Origin: Macrostomum lignano
Lineage: Eukaryota
Length of the DNA stretch: 64,000 bases
Direction: 5' to 3'
Assembly (NCBI GenBank): GCA_002269645.1
Contig: NIVC01003192.1
Span: 1 to 64,000 of the forward strand
Positions 31,416-44,100 of this stretch are shown in pieces. Below the pieces are notes generated by a model. It was not told the DNA's origin. It saw nothing but the letters and a program-made list of their open reading frames with translations, and did not search any database. The position numbers and the translations under genes were made by a program. Within the stretch, counting starts at the first letter, position 1. Every line of letters starts with the position of its first letter.

Positions 31416-32874
31416 ATTAGGGGTCATTAGGCGTGCCATAGCGGAGAAACGGTACTATTTATAAGTTGACATTCGAATTCCATAGATTATCAGTTAAGAT
31501 TTCCTAATTTGGAAGAAAAGAAACCAAAGCCATAGCCATACTGTGTGTGTGTGTGTGTTTAAATTGCATAACACAGTCCTTGCATTTCTGCCAATAACTG
31601 ATGATTCGGTTCAAATGTTCTTTAATATTAGCAGGCATAATTGCCTTTTGATTTAAATATAATTAATTCAGCCAGTTAGGCAGTCTAGAAAGAAGTGGAG
31701 AGTGGAGAGTGGAGAGTTAAGAAAATGACACAGGAAATGACGGGAAGCGAATGCAGGGAAGAAAGACACGTCAGGATATCCCCAAGACCCTCCCCCCGAA
31801 AACGTTTGTTCAGAACGCAAGCAAGTCATCGAGCTGTGAAAAATGAGTGTAGAAGTTGGGTTCGAAACTCTCTTCAGACACAATGGGTCCACTGCTACAA
31901 TGTTTCTTATAGCTAATGTAAAATATAAAGTAGATAGTAAAATTAGGAGAATCAAGGGAGAGCCTGACTAAAGTTAGTGGTTTGCACTGCCAAGGGGACC
32001 CAGAGCCAAGAATCTGGATTGCTCTATACTGCCTTTCGGACAGCACGAACGAAGGATACCCTACTGCAATTGTCAACTAGAGAAGGGTTTTTTGGAAGCA
32101 AACTCTTGATCCGTGTCGGTGGTGCGGGCAGAACCATAGACAAATTTTAATTACGAATATTAAAAATAAAATAGGCATTGCTTGTAACCATAAAAGCAAC
32201 CGTATCTTATATCAAATCCAGTTTCAATGTTCAAATCTCCTTGAATGTGCCAAACTGCCACCCGTTTGCAATTGCAAAAAATAACTTGCTACGTTCGTAT
32301 AGCCAAGATTTTAATCACGCAGTCTGGACCCACTGGATAAAAAAGTGGGAATTAAGCGACAAAGACCGATTCAACCGTATTTATTTATCACAGTGTCTCA
32401 TCTACCGAGGGTTGTGACCAGGCCTTTTGCATTTTGGCACCACCCCCAATTCTAGGGTAAAAATCTGCGGCGCATAGCGGCCATATTGAATATAAGATTT
32501 TTCAGACCCACTTTGTCTAGAGAATATTCCGCATTCGATTGGATGCTCTTTTAACAAACGCGCCATCATATCTTATTGCTTGTCCTTGTTCAGACTGGCC
32601 ATCTGTGATATTGCTGGGTCGGGCAGCTCTTTCAGTGTTGTACTACGCTAGGTACCGCCATATAAAAGTATTGTTTGCGCATATATAGTGTCAATCAATC
32701 AGTACTAATGTCAGTCAACACAAGGGGCTAACCGTCTAATAAGCACCGCCTTATTAGCTGAATGAACTTGTTTTCTGTGTTTTTCTCTGGCAGATTTAAG
32801 TTTACAGATTCCTAATTTGGACATTGTTGTCTGGACTCGGCTGTTTGCTTGAACAGTGCTTTTAACTATGTTTA

Positions 32875-33190
32875 ATAGGGGGCGGATTCTGGGAGGTTGA
32901 ATAGGGGGCGGATTTCGGGGGAGTAGGTTGAATAGGGGGCGGATTTCGGGGGAGTAGGTTGAATAGGGGGCGGATTTCGGGGGAGTAGGTTGAATAGGGG
33001 GGCGGATTTCGGGGGAGTAGGTTGAATAGGGGGCGGATTTCGGGGGAGTAGGTTAAATAGGGGGCGGATTTCGGGGGAGTAGGTTTGATAGGGGGCGGAT
33101 TTCGGGGAAGTAGGTTTGATAGGGGGCGGATTTCACAGAGGAGCAGGTTTTATTGGGGCGGATTTCGGGAGAGTAGGTTTGACATGGGGC
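32875..33190. repeat. 31-bp G-rich minisatellite GGGGGCGGATTTCGGGGGAGTAGGTTGAATA
   Basis: Direct observation. Confidence 0.93.
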
Positions 33191-33859
33191 GGAAATCAGC
33201 GGGTAAAATCTGAGCTATTATTTACTGATATATCAAAGCCATAGGAAAGTCAGCTAAAAGAATGGCGATATTTCCAAGCCAGAGAAGGCTTGCCAGTCAG
33301 TGAACCGGAGCCCATCAAACTGCTCTCCCCTTCGACTTCAGATTTCCCAAAGATGCAGTGGACTGTGTCGGCGGTCATTAATCATGTGCGGCGGGTGGCA
33401 AAACTCGTCCTCAACCAACTCTCCTTCCCCCCCCCCCCCCGATTTAATCCCGCCTTAATCCTCAGCCCAGGCTGAAAACTTTCGCCATACGCCTGCGCTT
33501 TTCAAGCCTCGGGGGGGGGGCGCCTCATTATCATAATGCATCGCGGGCCAGTGCACCTGAATGAGCAGCCTTCTCCACTCCGGCTCAATCTCACTTAACG
33601 ATTTCTCTTCGCTCTCCCAATTCTCAGCCCGTGCAGTCAGAGGCCTTTTTAGCGTGGCAAATGGTGGTTAAGCCGACATTATATTGGATAGAATATATAA
33701 ATTAACCTTCTCTAGAAGTTTTTGAATATTTGCCAATCGTTAAAATGCTAAAGTACGACTTCCTGATTGAAAATCGAAAAAGACTAGGCATCATGTATTC
33801 TTGGAGTGGACCTAGGGTGGTCCCGAGAATGAGAGGGGTCAGCTGACCCCCACCCCGCA

Positions 33860-34480
33860 GACAGTGCCCCAAGGAGGACAATGCCCCTAAGGACTGTGCC
33901 CCACCTAAGGACAAGTCCCTTAAGGACAGTGCCCCACCTAAGGACAGTGCCCCCCACCTAAGGACAGTGCCCCACCTAAGGACAGTGCCCCCCACCTAAG
34001 GACAGTGCCCCACCTAAGGACAGTGCCCCCACCTAAGGACAGTGCCCCACCTAAAGACAAGTCCCTTAAGGACAGTGCCCCACCTAAGGACAGTGCCCCC
34101 CCACCTAAGGACAGTGCCCCACCTAAGGACAGTGCCCCCCACCTAAGGACAAGTCCCTTAAGGACAGTGCCCCACCTAAGGACAGTGCCCCCACCTAGGA
34201 CAGTGCGCCCACCTAAGGACAGTGCCCCCACACCTAAGGACAGTGCCCCCCCACCTAAGGACAGTGCCCCACCTAAGGACAGTGTCCCCACCTAGGGACA
34301 GTGCCCCCACCTAAGGACAGTGCCCCCCACCTAGGGACAGTGCCCCACCTAAGGACAGTGTCCCCACCTAAGGACAGTGCCCCCCACCTAGGGACAGTGC
34401 CCCCACCTAAGGACAGTGCCCCCCACCTAAGGACAGTGCCCCCCCACCTAAGGACAGTGCCCCACCCAAGGACAGTGCGC
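33860..34480. repeat. 18-21-bp minisatellite CCTAAGGACAGTGCCCC(CC)A
   Basis: Direct observation; variable C-run. Confidence 0.93.
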
Positions 34481-35119
34481 CAAATAAAAAACCTCGACCC
34501 ACCAACAGATGGGGCAGGGGTCAACTGACCTCCTTCAAACCGCCTTTACATAGCCCAGAATTTTTCTATCTCAGCTATGTAATCCCATCCATGAGAAACT
34601 GATATGCTCATTTGCTCGTGCATAATAGACTGCCAGTTCCCTACAAAGGTGTGAAAGAAGACAGATTCTTAATCAGGAACCTTTTTTTGCATCCAATTTA
34701 AATCAGACCAGGGGATCAACCATCGGCATTTTGTTCGCTTGATTGCGGATTAAAGTTCGATCAGGGATTTGAGTCTTCTCCTGCCTCCCTGATCAGCCAA
34801 TTATAGTTAATTAGCCTAGAAGTGAGCAGCAGCTCGCGCGAGGCCAATTATAAATGACCAATTATCACGTGACTCCCGGCCCAGACAGCTTTGCTAATTA
34901 TATAGAATTTCAAGTTGGCTAATCCGGATTTGCAGTAACTCAACTGAGTTCTTTTTTACCCTGGCTTTGCTGCTTCTCGGAACCCGTCATTACAAAAATT
35001 CTAAAATGTGGGAGATTGAGTTTAACCGCTAAAAGCCAAAACTTCCTGCCGACATTTTTCTGGATTAGAATTAATAGTTGATATTCAGTTTCGGCGCTGC
35101 CTTCTTAAATTTATTGAGA

Positions 35120-36290
35120 GATGGAGGGAGGCAGGATGAGATTGGGGGAGGCAGGATGAGATTGGGGGAGGCAGGATGAGATTGGGGAAGGCAGGATGAG
35201 ATTGGGGGAGGCAGGAGGAGATTGGGGGAGGCAGGATGAGATTGAGGGAGGCAGGATGAGATTGAGGGAGGCAGGATGAGATTGAGGGAGGCGGAATGAG
35301 ATTGAGGGATATAAGGAGACTATGAAAGAGATTGAGCTAGGGAGGCAGGATGAGATTGAGGGAGGCAGGAGGAGATTGGGGGAGGCAGGATGAGATTAGG
35401 GGAGGCAGGATGAGATTGAGGGAGGCAGGATGAGATTGAGGGAGGCAGGATGAGATTGAGGGAGGCAGGATGAGATTGAGGGAGGCAGGAGGAGATTGAG
35501 GGAGGCAGGATGAGATTGGGGGAGGCAGGATGAGATTGAGGGAGGCAGGATGAGATTGAGGGAGGCAGGATGAGATTGAGGGAGGCAGGATGAGATTGAG
35601 GGAGGCAGGATGAGATTGAGGGAGGCAGGATGAGATTGGAGAAGGCAGGATAAGATTGAGGGAGGCAGGATAAGATTGAGGGAGGCAGGATGAGATTGAG
35701 GGAGGCAGGATGAGATTGAGGAAGGCAGGATGAGATTGAGGGAGGCAGGATGAGATTGAGGAAGGCAGGATGAGATTGAGGAAGGCAGGATGAGATTGAG
35801 GGAGGCAGGATGAGATTGAGGGAGGCAGAATGAGATTGGAGGAGGCAGGATAAGATTGAGGAAGGCAGGATGAGATTGAGGGAGGCATGCTGAGATTGAG
35901 GGAGGCATGCTGAGATTGGGGGAGGCAGGCTGAGATTGGGGGAGGCAGAATGAGATTAAGGGAGATTCTGAGAGAGATTGAGCTAGGGAGGCAGAAGGAA
36001 ATTGAGAGAGGTAGGATGAGATTGACGGAGGCAGGATGAGATTAAGGAAGGCAGGATGAGACTGGGGGAGGCAGGATGAGATTAAGGGAGGGCAGGATGA
36101 GATTGAGGGAGGCAGGATGAGATTGAGGGAGGCAGGATGAGATTAAGGGAGGCAGGATGAGATTAAGGGAGGGCAGGGTGAGATTGAGGGAGGCAGGATG
36201 AGATTAAGGGAGGCAGGATGAGATTGAGGGAGACTCTGAGAGAGGTTGAGGGAGGCAGAATGAGATTGGGGAGACTCTGGGAGAGGTTGT
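35120..36290. repeat. 20-bp purine-rich minisatellite GAGGGAGGCAGGATGAGATT
   Basis: Direct observation. Confidence 0.95.
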
Positions 36291-39200
36291 GGCGGGCGCG
36301 GTGAGATCGATGTGGCCTGGGCACTATTTTAGGTGTAATGAAGGACCATGAAGGGATGGGGCAGTTGAATAGATTCCCATAATGCTTAATTAACCTAGCC
36401 CCGAATGGAGCCGAGATACCCAGCTTCGATCTCAACTGACTTGCGAATCTGACTGGCTGATCAATGCAAAGCGTGGCGGCTCTATCTTGATGATGCTGTC
36501 CAAACAAACCCTTCAAACTTGTCAGTCATTATTTGAGTATAATAGTAGTAGGCAGGGCTTGGCCTACAGATGAAACTGAAGCTGAGCTCAAGTTTCGATA
36601 TCAAATTTTTCCCTACACGATCGCTTCCACAAGTTGCGCTCGATCGCGCCCTTGTGTGTATATTATTATGTATATACGAGCTAGTTAATATTGTTATTTA
36701 AACTGATCGCGGCCGACTATTTTCAATCGAAAATCCAGCAAATTTTGATTGCAGATCTAGATCTCGTGTGCGCCTGTTTGTGTGCAGTGCCAATGATATA
36801 CACCAGCTATAAAAGTAGAATGGATCGTACAGCTGGTTCCCTCAAATTTTCAATGACGTCTCGTCCGTTGTCTTGATCGATAAAATCAATCTAGGGATGG
36901 GTCTGGGATCCATCTATATTGCAGTAATTAGTCTTAGTTATCTGAACAAGCAATCTGTGTCGTAATCATTGGTGTTGTTTTTGTTTTTGTTTTTCACGGA
37001 ACAAGTGGCTGCTGTATGCGTGTAACACTTTAGGTTTGTATGTACCTGTATTTTGAGTGGCCAAGGCGCGCCATTCAATTAGAATTGGAGTTGGCGCCAT
37101 TTATCTTGGAGTTCACGCCATTTCAATCAATGTGGATGGAAAAATCTGGGACAAAACTAGAGTCTACTTTTAGTAGTGTTTACGAAAGAGATGTCTTTAA
37201 AGAGCTTTTCATATTACCAATTCCAGAATCAGAATCGGTTTGGGTCTTCCAAGAAAAACAGCAGTATAACTGTTTAATTCTGTTGAATGTTTGACTGCCT
37301 TAACAACCTCACTTAGAACAATTTTTCACTTTTTTCTTGGCGATTGTCATTCAATAATAAAAACTTTATAGCACATATCTCCCTCTAGTTATGGAGACAA
37401 AAAGTTATACTTCACAAATTGGTTCTGGTTCTGGAACCAGAACAAGCAATATGAAAAGGCCCTAAAAATGTTAAGCTGCGCGGCAACTGTACGACTGTAT
37501 TACGCATTTTAATTCTGAAAGATGGATGCAAATGGAGGCGAAATCAGGATGGAGGGCCGTGTTATTACAGGTGTCATATTGAAAATTTTGGGGAGAGCCA
37601 GTCAAATTTTGGACAAAAATGCAAGCCCCCTCCTCAACATGTACAAGTATACGCTCGTATATGTATGGGACATGTATATGTAGACCCTACTGGGTCTGGA
37701 TGCACTCTTCACAGAACTATTAGCCGCGTGATTGTGTGCCCTGCACAACAGGTAAAGCAAGTCTTAAAGTGCATAAACTCCTAGAATTCTCTTCCCATCA
37801 GTCAAGTACATAGGCATTTTGATTAACCGTTTTTGCTTGCGTTAGAAAATTAAAATCCTTTCAATACACAGTCCGCTTATTTTTAAAGGCATAACAAACA
37901 AAATTGACTAGTTCCAATTATTTGCTAATTGAGCTTAAAAAATCAATTCTAGGGATACCCAAAATGTATAATTTTGAGTAGAGATAAAAACACTGAAACA
38001 TTTTACTTTTAAATATGCGTTTTAAGGTATGCATTTTAAATAAAAGTTCAGCAGGTCTAACTAGTATAACTAGTAACTACTAACTATTAACTAGCTCGTA
38101 ACTACTTACTTACCGAATTCACCCTGCATAAAAGCACCCCCCCAAAATATTGTAAAAAATCGATTGAAAAAGTATTTAAAATGTCAAAGTTAGTTGTAAG
38201 CATAGTAAATTGTTAAAGCTAAAGCGGTGTTGTTATATAATAGTTTAGTACTTACACTTTTGACTTTACAGTAAAGTACTAAATTAAATCAAGGATTTAA
38301 ATTTACTTAAGTCCTGCAATCAGAGCCTTAGGGATTAGGCCTAGCCCTTATGCAAGTTAGATAAAAAGAAGTGCATTTAAAGTCTATTAACATCCTTCGT
38401 AAATCACTAAAAGCACTAGATTTTGCACTGTATTGCATATTGTTGTGCAGGGCTACTCTGTCTGACTCTTAGTCTTAGTTCTATCTTAGTCTAATCTAAC
38501 TTGTCTAATTAATGATTAACACTAATGACTGTTGTGGTGCTACATTTTCTAATGCATTTTAAGCCATAGCCTAGCCTCCTAGCCTTAAAATAATATATAT
38601 TACCCTTTAAAGTAGGCCTAGTACTCAAAATTCAATTGAATGACTTAGGCCCCTAATAGAAAAAAATTAACCCCCTTTCTCATTCTTCTCAATTACAAAT
38701 TCTTAGCATTAATAATCTTAAATTGAAATTACTTAGAATTAAGTACAGGTAGAGATAGAAATTTAAATTTATATCATTGATTAAATTCAATCAAATAGAT
38801 TTTTTATATAAGTTGCTTAATTCAAGGTTTAATTTAATTTGTTAATTAAATTAAAACAAAAGAGGAAGGTTGTGAGTCTAAATTGGGTTAGTTTTAAATA
38901 ATAAAGACAAAGCTTTTGTTTTTATAAAAAATCAAACTGCTAGTTATTATATCTAAGACTTTGAATCAGTCTAAAATCATTATATAAGGCCAAAAGCTTT
39001 TTAATAGTTATCTATTTAAATAAACTTGAAAAGGAATGAAAGATTGATTCCTAATCCTGATCTAAAACCTAAAGTCTAAGAGTACAATACTATACTAAAC
39101 TTTAAGCTAGGCTATATTTGAAAAAAAGGTTTATATAGAAAATTATCCTAGATTTTTTGCTAAAAAAATAGAATACATATGATATGCACATACTCTATGA

Positions 39201-40108
39201 CTATGTATAAAAACCTAGATTATATCACTTATACAAGAGTAGATTTAAGGAGAAGGGCAAGACAATAGCAGCTATCCTATGTGGCTAACAATGATGATAC
39301 CCCTTTTCCTTTGGTTTAGCAGTTGCAAATGTCAATATTCTAAAATTTAATAATTTAAAATTAAATGGGCAGTGATCTTATGTATATTATAGTGCCTCTA
39401 CTCTTATTTTTATAATCTAACCTCCTCTTATTTTATATTTTTTAATCCTTCTTTGCATATATGACTATACTATACCAAAGGAATAATATAAAGCAATTAT
39501 TAAGTATGCTATAGCATGACCTATTAAAATATAAGCAACTTTTAAAGTTTAAGAAAAGCTTTTAAAGCAAACAAAATATTTGTATAGATAAGCATTATTA
39601 TTATTTATTAAAAAAATAGAATATATTTCTGTTTTTAATAATAGAATAATTTTAATATACAATTGATATAAGTTTTAAAATTGAAATATAGTATTTAATA
39701 TACAGATACAAAAATTAAAAAAATTAATAGATATATAGAATATAGATATAAATATTAATAGAATATATGCCAATGCAATTCTTCTAGATTTTAGAATAAG
39801 CCCTTGTTTATTTAGTTTATACTCTGTAAAAGCCAATGGTATTAAATTGAAACATACTTTCATTTGAGCTACATATAGTGTTTATAATACTAGACCCCAA
39901 TCTCAAAGCCAAATTTATATGCAAAGCTTACTGAATTTTATCTAATTGGTTCAATATAGTCTTCTATGAAAATATAGCATAATTGTATCTAGAGAGCCTT
40001 TGTATAGCAAAGCTGTATGTGTAGTTTAAATCTTTTGTCTTTGACTTAAATGTTTTTGTCCTATGTCACCCTCCATCCTAACAATTTTTGGGTGCTTGGC
40101 ATACATGT

Positions 40109-40260
40109 GCAACCTTGGGAATCACCCGGCCGTTTCTAATGGCAACACATACATGTAAGTTGCTATTGGCTGAGAGCAGTCCTGTGACTACTATTCCATC
40201 CAATAGCGACTTACATGTGTGTGTTGCCAATAGAAATGGCCGGGTGAATCCCTAGGTTGC
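40109..40260. repeat. Long inverted repeat / hairpin (61-bp arms, 30-nt loop); MITE or hairpin-RNA candidate
   Basis: Arms 40109-40169 and 40200-40260 are reverse complements with 6 differences. Confidence 0.85.
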
Positions 40261-40894
40261 GCCCAAGCATGGTGCTTGGTTGATCAGTTTTGAAAAATAT
40301 CATTACCTGCTTTGGCCATTTTATCATTTGGCTAGATTCACTAGATTGGCTAAGTGTTATGTATATATGCTATGCTATGATGTAGGGCTTGTTGAGTAAG
40401 TGGCCAATTTTCAATTGATATAAAGTTAACTATTATCTATATAATTGAGATAGAGTTTTCTAAGCAATAGAATTATAGTGGGTTGCCATTTGGTATTGTG
40501 GGTCCAAATCCAGAATCAGTCAAAAGAATTCAATATAAAATAAAACACCAAACACTGTATACCATATCATTTATATTGCTAAGCCTTTGACCCACAGAAT
40601 TTGTGTAAAAGTCTGCAGGCTCCATGTTTATAGCTTATTTAACTTTGACAGTTTGATATAAAAATCCTAAAGTTGCACGAATCTAAATAGTTATAAAATA
40701 ATTGATGCTAAATATGAAACACCTGTAGTTAATGTTGATGCCTGAACAAAAAGTGTGACAAAAAAGGCTTGAAGTTTTAGGCTTGTTTTCTTACTTGGAA
40801 CCTGTTGTTGTACTGATTTGTTTGAGCATTTGCCCTGTGCATTTGCAGCCAGAACTAGTGTCATTCAAGATCGCGTGCGTGACCTAGGCCAAAA

Positions 40895-41140
40895 ATGGCA
40901 AGCGCAGACTCGACTCAAGCTCAAGCTACTCAGCCGCAGTCCCGGCTGCTGCTTCCGGCTCGAAAGTCGCTGGACTTGTCGACATCTATGTCGGGCAAGT
41001 CGTCTGTTTCTGCGGTGTCGAATTCAGCTTCCGGTTCGGCTTCAGGCTTGTCCAACAGTCCGCGCGGTTCTTCATGCGCTGTTTGCCAGGATGTAGCCAG
41101 CGGTGTGCACTACGGTGTGCCCACTTGCGAAGGCTGCAAG
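40895..41140 (+). CDS. Nuclear receptor exon 1 (A/B region plus first zinc finger, P-box CEGCK)
   Basis: ATG in aaaaATGG context; C-x2-C-x13-C-x2-C; donor AAG|GTGCGG. Confidence 0.92.
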
Positions 41141-44100
41141 GTGCGGCAGATAGATCTACCATAATAGTTGTTGAATGGCAGATAGATCTATCATAGTAGT
41201 TGTTGAATGGCAGATAGATCTATCCTAGTAGCTGCTGAATGGCAGATAGATATATTCTAGTAGCTGTTGAATGACAGATCTACCCTAGTACCTATTGAAT
41301 GGCAGATAGATCTATCCTAGTAGCTGTTAATGGCAGATAGAACTACCTTGACTTAGCTGCAGGGGGCTCCGTGCGTCCGGAAACAGCGAGGAAGCGTTGC
41401 CGCCCATTTCGCTAACCCCTGGCGACCACGGGCAGCTGGTGCTGCGGTGTCGCGCAGGGAGTTCCGGTGGCGCCGGCGTCCGCAGCGCGGTCCCCCTCCG
41501 GAGAGTCCAGGAGGTGGATTGTCGCTCGCCCGGTAGCCCTTAGGTAGCGGACGAGCTGGCAGAGATTCTCGGGCCTGAAAACGTCGGAGAGGTCCGGGTT
41601 TGGGCCGAGGTAGGTGAGCCTGTCCTGAGTAAAGGCGGGGCATTCACAGATGAAGTGCTCCGCATTCTCGACACCGGAGAGGCAGAAAGGGCATTCCTCA
41701 CTGCGGATTTTCTCCTGGAGGTAACGATGCCTGGCAAAGCAGCCATGACCCGAGAGGGCCATGGTAACCGCCCTGATGTCCCTGCGGTTGAGTCCAAGCA
41801 GGGCCCTGCGTAGGGCGGAGGAGGGACAGGGGACAGCCGCGCGGGATTGCCGGCAGTCGGAGGCGTTAGCCCACCTCTCCCTGTGCTTAGAAGCCACCCA
41901 CTGGTTTAGAACTACCTTGGTAGCACAATGGGAAGCAGATAGATCTATCCTAGTAGCACAATGAGCAGCAGATAGATCTATCCTAGTAGCACAGTGAGCA
42001 GCAGATAGATCTATTCTAGTAGCACAGTGAGCAGCAGATAGATCTATTCTAGTAGCACAGTGAGCAGCAGATAGATCTATTCTAGTAGCACAGTGAGCAG
42101 CAGATAGATCTATTCTAGTAGCACAGTGAGCAGCAGATAGATCTATCTCAGCAGTACAGTGGGCACCCAATTGACAACTTATATGGCAGGTAGATAGATC
42201 TACCTGATTAAGCCAGGCGGATGATCTAAAAGTTTCGCTCTCTCCCATTCTCCAAGGGCTTTTTCCGCCGTATCGTGTCGTCCCGCAACCCGGCCGGCGC
42301 CTGCTCCCACGCCAGCCCGCTGGCGATAACGCCGCAGACTCGCAACGCCTGCCAATGGTGCCGTTTGAAAAAGTGCTGCGCCGTTAACATGGGCCGGCAG
42401 CGTTCGAAACTCGGCCGTCGGGCCAGACTCGACGCCGACAACGGCAACGGCGGTCGCGGAGTCGGCGGCGCCAAGCGTCGAACCCAGCAGCCGCCTTCGC
42501 CGAGCTCTGTAGAAGCTGAGACAATCAGCGATCAGCAACTGCTGCGCTTCATCGAGCTGAAACGGTGGGAATTTGAAAATCAAGTCCGTCGTCGCACCTA
42601 TTTTAGACGACAGGCCTCGCTAAATAGCGACAAATCGCCTGTCACCTCCTGTGCTCGGGTGCGTGGATAGTTTTCTTAACACGGCGGGGTTGGGGGCCTC
42701 AGAGGTTGAAGCTTTGGTTTGCGGCAGTGCCCAGAGCCCACTGAAAACCATCTGAATAAAAAAAGAGGGGGCTGAACTAGAGCCCAGTTTCCCGCTCTTC
42801 TCGTTCTCAGAAGTCATTCAAATTGTGCCAGTCAAAAGGTCACTGACAGTCAAACTGTGCCAGTCAAAAGTCACTGACAGTCAAACTGTGCCAGTCAAAA
42901 GTCACTGACAGTCAAATTGTGCCAGTCAAAAGTCACTGACAGTCAAATTGTGCCAGTCAAAAGTCACTGACAGTCAAATTGTGCCAGTCAAAAATCACTG
43001 ACAGTCAAACTGTGCCAGTCAAAAGGTCACTGACAGTCAAATTGTGCCAGTCAAAAGGTCACTGACAGTCAAAAAAAGTCGCGGACAGTCAAATTGTGCC
43101 AGTCAAAAGTCACTGACAGTCAAAAGTCACTGACAGTCAAACTGTGCCAGTCAAAAGTCACTGACAGTCAAAAGTCACTGACAGTCGAATTGTGCCAGTC
43201 AAAAGTCACTGACAGTCAAATTGAGCCAGTCAAAAAGTCACTGACAGTCAAACTGTGCCAGTCAAAAGTCACTGACAGTCAAACTGTGCCAGTCAAAAGT
43301 CACTGACAGCCAAACTGTGCCAGTCAAAAGTCACTGACAGTCAAATTGAGCCAGTCAAAAAGTCACTGACAGTCAAACTGTGCCAGTCAAAAGTCACTGA
43401 CAGTCAAACTGTGCCAGTCAAAAGTCACTGACAGTCAAATTGTGCCAGTCAAAAGTCGCTGACATTCACACTAAAAATCAGGGAAAAAAGCAGTATTTGA
43501 AGTACATCCTGTCCTATTAAACTCTGCAGACCAGCTCCTTGCCCCGACTTCTATCGAGTCCCGCCGCCACCGTCGCCACCTCACCGCCGCCGCCGCCACC
43601 GCCGTCGGCATCGTTTCCACCATCCGCACAATCCGTCCCGGTCACTCCGTCGGTCGCAGTCGTCGGCGCCCAGTCACCCTGGGCATCGAGCTCCGGTCGC
43701 TGCGGCAGCAGCAGTCGGAGCTCCCCGACTCCGCCGCCTCACCCGCCTCCTCCCCGCCGCCGCCGGACGGTCAGCTTAGCGAAGCCTGGCTAACCGGCTG
43801 TCAGCCGCTGCTATCGGGCCAGTCGCTTGTCCGCCTGTGCCACCGCCTGACTGGCGACACCGACAGTCGCTCGGCCGCGTGGCTTTGCTCACTCTGCGAT
43901 CGTCCGGACGTGTCCGGCGATTCGGCCAAGTTAATCCTGTGCGCGGTTGACAAATTTGTGCAGTACTGGGAGGCCGATTTAAACGATCAGTTCAGCCAGA
44001 ACCCTGTCTGCGGCCGGGCCATTGCCGAGAGCACGGAGCTCATTCTCGAGGGGCATCGGCGCACCGCCTACTTCTGTCAGGACCGGATGTCTAAGTTCAG

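Noticed and set aside
38400-40100. Mitochondrial insertion (NUMT) as explanation of the AT-rich block
   Set aside because: No recognisable mitochondrial gene, rRNA or tRNA motifs seen in the stretches I translated; not formally excluded without a search.
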